Source: Deinococcales bacterium (lineage in GTDB: Bacteria > Deinococcota > Deinococci > Deinococcales > JAAFIG01). Taken from it: a stretch of DNA of 64,000 nucleotides. The notes under the pieces are model-generated. The model saw only the letters and a list, made by a program, of their open reading frames with translations, ran no database searches and was not told the DNA's origin. Positions 57,923-64,000 of this stretch are shown here, in pieces. Numbering within the stretch: the first letter of the stretch is position 1; the number at the start of each line of letters is the position of its first letter. A program made the translations under genes and the position numbers. The stretch covers positions 1 through 64,000 of the forward strand of contig JAYWGM010000028.1 in assembly GCA_043778225.1 (NCBI GenBank), given 5' to 3'.

Positions 57923-58183
57923 ATGAACGCCATTACTACCCAAGAAGCAGTCAAAGACCTTGAAGCCTTGGTGCGTTCTGTGATTCAAGGCATTGAACCT
58001 ACCATTGTCATTGCTAAAGATGGTTCAAAAGTTGTGGTCATGCCAATGGAAGAATACAATTCGCTGAGCGAAACAGATTATTTACTCTCTAACCAAAAAA
58101 CCGCCACCAAACTCCGCCAAGCGCTCGAGCAAGTGGCGAGTAACCAAGTGGTTAGTAAAACCTTAGCCGAACTTGATTTATGA
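57923..58183 (+). CDS. yefM: Phd/YefM antitoxin
   Basis: VVVMPMEEYNSL.ET.YLL; TGTACA at 57909. Confidence 0.85.
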   Translation: MNAITTQEAVKDLEALVRSVIQGIEPTIVIAKDGSKVVVMPMEEYNSLSETDYLLSNQKTATKLRQALEQVASNQVVSKTLAELDL

Positions 58184-58437
58184 ACTTTGTTTTTACCGAC
58201 GATGCTTGGCAAGATTATTTGTGGTGGCATGGTCAAGATATTGTGATTTGGCAACGAATCAACAGCCTCATAAAAGAATGCTCGAGAACTCCGCACCAAG
58301 GAATAGGAAAGCCAGAACCCTTAAAGCACGACCTCAAAGGCTATTGGTCAAGACGAATTACCAAAGAGCATCGTTTGGTGTACACGTTTAACAACGAACG
58401 GCTGCTGATTTTATCGTGCAAAGGTCATTATGATTGA
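58180..58437 (+). CDS. yoeB: Txe/YoeB toxin
   Basis: GIGKPEPLKHDL.GYWSRRIT.EHRLVY, KGHY. Confidence 0.9.
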   Translation: MNFVFTDDAWQDYLWWHGQDIVIWQRINSLIKECSRTPHQGIGKPEPLKHDLKGYWSRRITKEHRLVYTFNNERLLILSCKGHYD

Positions 58438-58512
58438 ATTTCTAGCTCGGGCAGCACAGAGATAGCACTATCTTTTGCATCTCTTAAACTTTCGTTTGGC
58501 ATTTGGTGGGTT

Positions 58513-59301
58513 TTAACTAGGTTCAAAATTAATCACTTCAACCCACAATTTGCGAAACTCATCAGGCTTTACTTTTAACGCTTTCATTTTTGGCGAAGCA
58601 GCAATTATTTGCAAAAGTAGTGAATCAGATGGATTAGCTAATGTTGCTTCCATCACTTCCGAAACCTGAGATTCTCGAATTGATATTTTTGCGAGCTTTT
58701 TTCTAGGTACGACATACTCTTCACATAGCTTTCGTGAAAGTTTTTTAACGTGATCATCATTTGAAGTATTTTTCAATTGATTAAACAACTTTGTGATTTC
58801 AGAAACATCGGAAATTGTAAGATCAACCTTTTTTACAGCAAATAAACTTAAATCTAAGTCTGGCATTTTGATTTTTTCTTCATCTGAAATAGCCTCGCAG
58901 ATGTCGGATATAAAGAAGTGTTCAGGATTAAGTAATACATAAGCCCATTTTCCGCCCAAAAGCACCCCTAAGCACATTTTCTCATGCCTTAAATAGCTTT
59001 GCATTTGCTCAATGTGCTTATTGATTTTTGTAATTTCTGTAGGTTTTTTTAGGTCTAAAAACCATCGATTTTCATTTCTACCTACTAAAAAATCAACTTT
59101 TATTATCGTTGTACCTATACGAATTGCATATTGTGAAATCACAGACGTTTTATCATACCCCAAACACTGCAAAAGCGTTTTACCGCGTCCCCAACCTGAT
59201 AATGGCAACTCGACAGTCATACTAAGCTCGCGTTCGCTGACAATCTCGTGAGCATCTATACTTTCAAAAAGACGTTCAAAGTAATTCTTCACTGATGACA
59301 T
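58513..59301 (-). CDS. AT-rich hypothetical protein with HsdR-N-like nuclease fold
   Basis: LGY...Q/EY...KVDF...DLKKP...Q..SY pattern. Confidence 0.5.
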   Translation of the reverse strand: MSSVKNYFERLFESIDAHEIVSERELSMTVELPLSGWGRGKTLLQCLGYDKTSVISQYAIRIGTTIIKVDFLVGRNENRWFLDLKKPTEITKINKHIEQMQSYLRHEKMCLGVLLGGKWAYVLLNPEHFFISDICEAISDEEKIKMPDLDLSLFAVKKVDLTISDVSEITKLFNQLKNTSNDDHVKKLSRKLCEEYVVPRKKLAKISIRESQVSEVMEATLANPSDSLLLQIIAASPKMKALKVKPDEFRKLWVEVINFEPS

Positions 59302-59658
59302 AATGAGCTAATTATATCCCCAATTCGTACACATAAGGACTCAACAACTACCTTTTCAGACTATCTCGAGCTTTTGCTTATGCCACGGCTTGGCTTGCCC
59401 AAGGGTCGTGCAGCACTTCCGTAGGTTCTCATAGCAGTGCCAGTTATCAAACTTATGGCTTGCTCGAGAATGGCTAGACCCTCGTCTATTTCAGAGTCGC
59501 TGATGGTTTGCAATTCTAAAGACTCCACCCATGTCTGGACGCTGCACGATATTCATCGATAAATACGGATTAAGCAGCTATTGGCGATTTCCCAAAACTG
59601 ATCATTCATGGGCTAGTTTAAGGAAAAACTCGAGGATTTACGAGTGCCTTGCACCCAC

Positions 59659-59691
59659 GCGACGCTGATGCGACGCTAGTCGTTATATACT
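59659..59691 (+). promoter_or_regulatory. Direct-repeat activator site plus -10 box of a leaderless promoter
   Basis: GCGACGCT at 59659 and 59670 (11-bp period), 8 nt, TATACT, 7 nt, ATG. Confidence 0.55.
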
Positions 59692-59698
59692 TTGCTTC

Positions 59699-61576
59699 AT
59701 GAAAAAGATTCTGTGTGGATTGCTGTTTTTTCTCTTCTCGAGCGCTTCGGCATTTAATTTGCTACCACCAGTTCAAAATCTCGAGGTGGCTCGAGCCGCC
59801 CAGAGTCCCGCCAATTCTTGGACAATTTTGGTCTATTTGCACGCCGACCATAACCTCGACCCAAGCAGTGTCGTGGATATGCAGGAAATGCAGAAAATTG
59901 GCTCGAGCAACACCTTTAATATCGTGGTACAGTGGGATAGAAGCGAAGTTTCTGGGGTGCAGCGCGGTCTGGTTGGTCAGGGCAAATTTAATGTGGTACA
60001 AAAAATGCCCGAGCTAAATTCCGACGACCCCAAAGTGCTTGCCGATTTTGTTTCGTGGGGGATTCAAAAATATCCAGCCCGACGTTACGGCTTAATCATG
60101 TGGGACCACGGCGGACAATGGGATGGCGGCTTTGGTGGCGACGAAACCAGTAAAGGAAACGGCTTGAGTGTGGCGGATATGCGCCGTTCGATTCAAGCTG
60201 GATTAGCCCAAAGCCAACAAAAAAAGCTTGAGTTTTTGTCGTTTGACACCTGTTTGATGGGCGGTCTCGAGTTACTTGGCAGTTTTGCTGACCTAGCAAA
60301 TATTTACATTGCCAATCCAGAACTCGATTTTGGCGATGGTTGGGAATACACCAACACCTTTGGATATTTAAAAAATAACCCAAGTGTGCCAATGAATCTT
60401 TTTGCTGCTAAAGAAAACGAATACTGGGCGAAACACCACAGTATTGATGAAGCCGATATTTTGTACCGCGCCCACACCGCTTATGACTCGAGCAAACTGC
60501 CAGCCCTACTCACTGCCAGTAAAAGTTTCTCGAGCGCCCTGACCAACGTCTGGAAAAGCGAAACCGACAAACTCGCCACCCTTCGCAGTAAAGTTCTCGA
60601 GTACAACATCGATACCGACGAACCACGCGCTCCAAAAAACTATGTGGACTTAGGTCATTATGCTGCCCTGATTGGAAAAACCACTTCGGATGCTGCCCTA
60701 AAAACGGCGGCTGCCAATTTACAAACCGCAATCAAAAATTCGGTCTTAGCCAAAACCTTGGGTAAAAACAATCAAGCCGCCAGTGGCATCAGCATTTGGA
60801 TGCCAGCCGACAACAGCGAACTGCCCGAAGAAAGTGTCCTGACAGCTTACTCAAGCCTTTATAAAGTCAGCGATAGCGGTTGGAATGATTTTCTCGGGAC
60901 TTGGTTTGGCACAGTTGAGCAAAACCAAGAAGCCCCAACCCTCGAATTGCTCGAGAGCCGAAATTTGACTTCACCCAATGCTAATCGTCCTGCCGAAGTC
61001 GATTTTCGGGTGGCTGGCACAGATTTAGATGGTGTCTATGCCAGCATCGGGCGCGAAGTCGGCACAACCTTTAATCTGTACGGCGATTTATTCTTTGACC
61101 GAGCCGAAGAAGGCGAATTTACCGCCGAGTGGGATGGCAGTCTAATTTACTTGTCGGACGGTAAAAACCGCGATTTGTTCACTGGTTTTTTCCAAGATGT
61201 CGGCGATACGCTGCTGGCGGCGACGGCTCAGTATTCTGAACCCAGAGACCTCGAAACCACGCCAGTAATTGTCTTGATGAACGCCGAGACACTGCGGATT
61301 ACCGCCATGCTCGATGATTCTGGCTCGAGTCCACGAGAAATGACCGCCAAGCCGGGCGCGACCCTCGAGTTTGAGTATTTACGCTACGACAGCATAGACG
61401 ACGAAGACCCCGATTTTGCTGCCACGGGTGGCAAAGTGATCATTCCGGCGGCGGGCATAAAAGCCCTAAGAAGCAGTTTATCACCTGCCCCAAAAGGCAA
61501 CTATGTGCTGCTTTTTGGTGTGACCGACTGGGCTGGCAACGAACAAAATGACGAAGTAGCCGTCCGAATTCCATAA
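59699..61576 (+). CDS. Secreted clostripain-related (C11) cysteine peptidase
   Basis: Signal peptide; WTILVY..AD.NL, WDHGG, FDTCLM catalytic motifs. Confidence 0.85.
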   Translation: MKKILCGLLFFLFSSASAFNLLPPVQNLEVARAAQSPANSWTILVYLHADHNLDPSSVVDMQEMQKIGSSNTFNIVVQWDRSEVSGVQRGLVGQGKFNVVQKMPELNSDDPKVLADFVSWGIQKYPARRYGLIMWDHGGQWDGGFGGDETSKGNGLSVADMRRSIQAGLAQSQQKKLEFLSFDTCLMGGLELLGSFADLANIYIANPELDFGDGWEYTNTFGYLKNNPSVPMNLFAAKENEYWAKHHSIDEADILYRAHTAYDSSKLPALLTASKSFSSALTNVWKSETDKLATLRSKVLEYNIDTDEPRAPKNYVDLGHYAALIGKTTSDAALKTAAANLQTAIKNSVLAKTLGKNNQAASGISIWMPADNSELPEESVLTAYSSLYKVSDSGWNDFLGTWFGTVEQNQEAPTLELLESRNLTSPNANRPAEVDFRVAGTDLDGVYASIGREVGTTFNLYGDLFFDRAEEGEFTAEWDGSLIYLSDGKNRDLFTGFFQDVGDTLLAATAQYSEPRDLETTPVIVLMNAETLRITAMLDDSGSSPREMTAKPGATLEFEYLRYDSIDDEDPDFAATGGKVIIPAAGIKALRSSLSPAPKGNYVLLFGVTDWAGNEQNDEVAVRIP

Positions 61577-61670
61577 GCCGAACGAGGGCAGGCAATGCCA
61601 GCCCTCGAGAATCAAATTTTGGTGGGTTTTATGGTCGTCGCGTTTCTTACAAATGTGATGCTTTGAACAC

Positions 61671-63275
61671 CTATGGTGCGTCTATCGCTCGAGCCGCATT
61701 TAACAATCCAGCCCCACATTTCTCGAGCGGGCAAACCTCGAGCGCGGTGCGTGAAGCTCCAGCCAGAATTTTATTTTTAATCTCGAGCGGTGTCGCACTT
61801 GGGTTTATGGCTTTGAGCATCGCGGCAACCCCACTTACCCAAGGCGCAGCAAAAGACGTACCCATAAATAGGTTATAACCAAAGCCATCTGCGCCACTCG
61901 AGTTAAACGAAGCACTTTGGGTCACACCGGGCGCAACCAAACTGACCCAAGCACCCGGCACACTAAAATCTGAGGCAAAGTATTTTGTGCCATTCCATTT
62001 GACACTGCCAACGGCAATAATCGGTAACTCGAGGCTGTAGGCGGCTGGGTAATTTGGCACTGTGCCTCTGTTCCCCGCCGAGGCAACCAGCACGATTTTG
62101 GCTTGGGTCACAGCTTCTATAACTTGCTTAACAATACTCGAAGGTTGCTGAGTTCCCAGCGAAAAGTTAATCACATCTGGGGCTTGACTAATCGCATAGC
62201 AAAGACCTTCGATGACATCTATGCCTTTACATTTTGTGGTTTCATCGCAGACTTTGACGGGCAAGATTTTTGCTCCATCTGCGCCATTTGGTCCACTCTG
62301 ATTATTATTTCGAGCAGGCAGCACCCCAACTTGCCAAAATTGGGTGAAGTTCGTGCCAATTTCTGAATCCCGCGCCGCAATAATGGCGGCGACTGCCGTA
62401 CCGTGTCCGACTAATTTTCCAGTGGCATCTTTGGCATTATCGCCAGTGTCGGACTCGAGTTCAATTGCCAAGTTGGTGCGTTCGGTGGTGAAATTTTTTC
62501 CTGCTAACAGATTGGAGTCTACAAGATTAAAAAGATTCCTAAAATCGTAATGTTTAGAAACTCCAGTATCCAGTACCGCCACTCGAGGGGAGCGGTTTTG
62601 CATATTGGGCAGGAGGGTTTTCCAGTGCGTATAAGCGCGATCTAGCTCAAGGGTGGTAAATTCGTTTTTATGTTCTACGGTAGGTCCTGAATCGGAATAA
62701 CTTGCTCCTGTGCTAATTGTGTGTGGATTTGCTTCAAGAGTTTCAGGTATGTCACTGGCTGTGTCTACCGCTCGAGAAGTGCTGCCTTGTTGCTCGAGAA
62801 CAGCTAGGGTTTTACTACAAATACCTGTTGTTGAAGGATCGGCTGGTTTGAAGTCTACTAGGGTCATGCCTCCACGTTGAGCAGCCTGTGTGGCTTTACC
62901 TAAGTCCAGATTTTCCCTAAAAGTTACCAATGCTTGGTCTGCGAAATAATTATCTGGACTCGCAAGGATGTTTAAGTCTTTGCTACTTGCGAAGTCTTGA
63001 GGCGAGTTGGTTACAACAACATCATAAGAACCTGCTTGTATGTTTGGTGCTTTCACTTTTAGTTCTGTGGTTTGAAACGAATTAACACTGACTGTTTGAT
63101 TGCCAATCATAACTATGGAACTGCTCGAGAAACCTTTCCCAGTAATAATAATTTCTTCTAATGGTGCAACGAATCGGGGTCGTACTTTCTGAATCTCGAG
63201 TAGGGCAGGCGGACTTGTAGGATTACAAGCAACACAGAATGCTAGGGTACTGAGGAATAGTAAAAAGCGTTTCAT
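61671..63275 (-). CDS. S8 subtilisin-like lipoprotein with IPT/TIG domain
   Basis: CVAC lipobox; VAVLDTG, HGTAVA, ASAGN, GTSFAAP triad. Confidence 0.9.
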   Translation of the reverse strand: MKRFLLFLSTLAFCVACNPTSPPALLEIQKVRPRFVAPLEEIIITGKGFSSSSIVMIGNQTVSVNSFQTTELKVKAPNIQAGSYDVVVTNSPQDFASSKDLNILASPDNYFADQALVTFRENLDLGKATQAAQRGGMTLVDFKPADPSTTGICSKTLAVLEQQGSTSRAVDTASDIPETLEANPHTISTGASYSDSGPTVEHKNEFTTLELDRAYTHWKTLLPNMQNRSPRVAVLDTGVSKHYDFRNLFNLVDSNLLAGKNFTTERTNLAIELESDTGDNAKDATGKLVGHGTAVAAIIAARDSEIGTNFTQFWQVGVLPARNNNQSGPNGADGAKILPVKVCDETTKCKGIDVIEGLCYAISQAPDVINFSLGTQQPSSIVKQVIEAVTQAKIVLVASAGNRGTVPNYPAAYSLELPIIAVGSVKWNGTKYFASDFSVPGAWVSLVAPGVTQSASFNSSGADGFGYNLFMGTSFAAPWVSGVAAMLKAINPSATPLEIKNKILAGASRTALEVCPLEKCGAGLLNAARAIDAP

Positions 63276-64000
63276 GATTTTACTCCTTGTTGCGATAAGT
63301 AATTGTTGATTTCTGCATGGTATGCCATAAAAGACTCGTTGGCTGCGAATGGTTTAATTTGCTCGAGCCAGACAGTAGAATCTGTTTTAAGAACTTGACC
63401 TACTTCAAGTAAGTTGAGTAGTGCCAATAATTGATTTTCTGAATCGTGTAAAGAGTTAGCTTTTTCAAGTGCCAATTCATAATGCTCTTTAGCAGTTGTA
63501 TAATCTGCACGATAATAATGAGTTACACCAATGTTTAGGTGCGCTCGAGCTTCAGCCCACGGGTCGTGAAGAACTTGATTTAGGTGCAAGGATTCTTCAT
63601 ATGATTTGAGTGCTTTTTGAAAGTTTGCGTTTCGAGTATGAAATTCCCCTAAATTATTAAGCGTGCGAGCCATTCGGGTTTCATCACCTAGTTTTTTAAA
63701 CAACATAAAACTACGTTGATGTATCTCTTCTGCTCGAGGATGATTGCTGTGCGTATAAGTCACAGCTAAATTCATTAAACTATCAGCTATTTTCACATCT
63801 TCCTCGAGCGCTTGGCGGATGCTTAGGCTGGCTTCAAAGGCTTGTGCTGCTTCAACAAATTTCTTCTCGAGCCTATAAATCGTGCCTTGGATATTGAGCG
63901 CATCAGACCGTGCCAATTGGGCAGCGCTGTAACTTAGCCCCTCGAGTGCCGTAAATGCTTGATTGACCAAGACTTGCGCTTCCTCGAGTCGGTGCATTTT
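63272..64000 (-). CDS. TPR-repeat protein, 5'-truncated by window edge
   Basis: Repeated A.SL.NL/G helices; ORF runs to the window end; ATGA overlap with the S8 gene. Confidence 0.75.
   Translation of the reverse strand, partial: KMHRLEEAQVLVNQAFTALEGLSYSAAQLARSDALNIQGTIYRLEKKFVEAAQAFEASLSIRQALEEDVKIADSLMNLAVTYTHSNHPRAEEIHQRSFMLFKKLGDETRMARTLNNLGEFHTRNANFQKALKSYEESLHLNQVLHDPWAEARAHLNIGVTHYYRADYTTAKEHYELALEKANSLHDSENQLLALLNLLEVGQVLKTDSTVWLEQIKPFAANESFMAYHAEINNYLSQQGVKS

Noticed and set aside
59378..59428. Short minus-strand fragment EPTEVLHDPWASQAVA*
   Set aside because: No start codon and too short to assign as a pseudogene

Overview
Bacterial chromosomal window, probably Deinococcota. This is inferred from a Deinococcus/Thermus-type NurA-HerA pair, many leaderless TANNNT-N6/7-ATG starts, and pervasive CTCGAG palindromes. 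Left to right it holds: two paralogous NB-ARC regulators flanking a 14-repeat FG-GAP lipoprotein and an unannotated 53-aa peptide; malic enzyme; ABC permeases; tRNA-Val and tRNA-Cys; a gabT...gabD catabolic cluster interrupted by toxin-antitoxin/PIN genes; a sugar ABC transporter; ilvBN with a clear leader-peptide attenuator; a large cbb3 oxidase + Rieske/cytochrome b operon; an SPFH (slipin) gene behind three tRNA-like RNAs; surface lipoproteins; recQ, nurA-herA; and secreted proteases. Two loci stand out. (1) 45.4-46.2 kb: a 37-38 nt structured RNA element sits in the anticodon loop of a tRNA-like RNA and is also nested inside a copy of itself in the slipin leader; precise removal restores the host in both places. 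(2) 32.2-40.6 kb: the respiratory operon encodes two complementary, degenerate cytochromes b, one lacking both heme bH ligands and the other lacking the Qo motif but fused to 2x[4Fe-4S] and followed by an MvhD-like protein. All calls are by eye from motifs; no searches were run.
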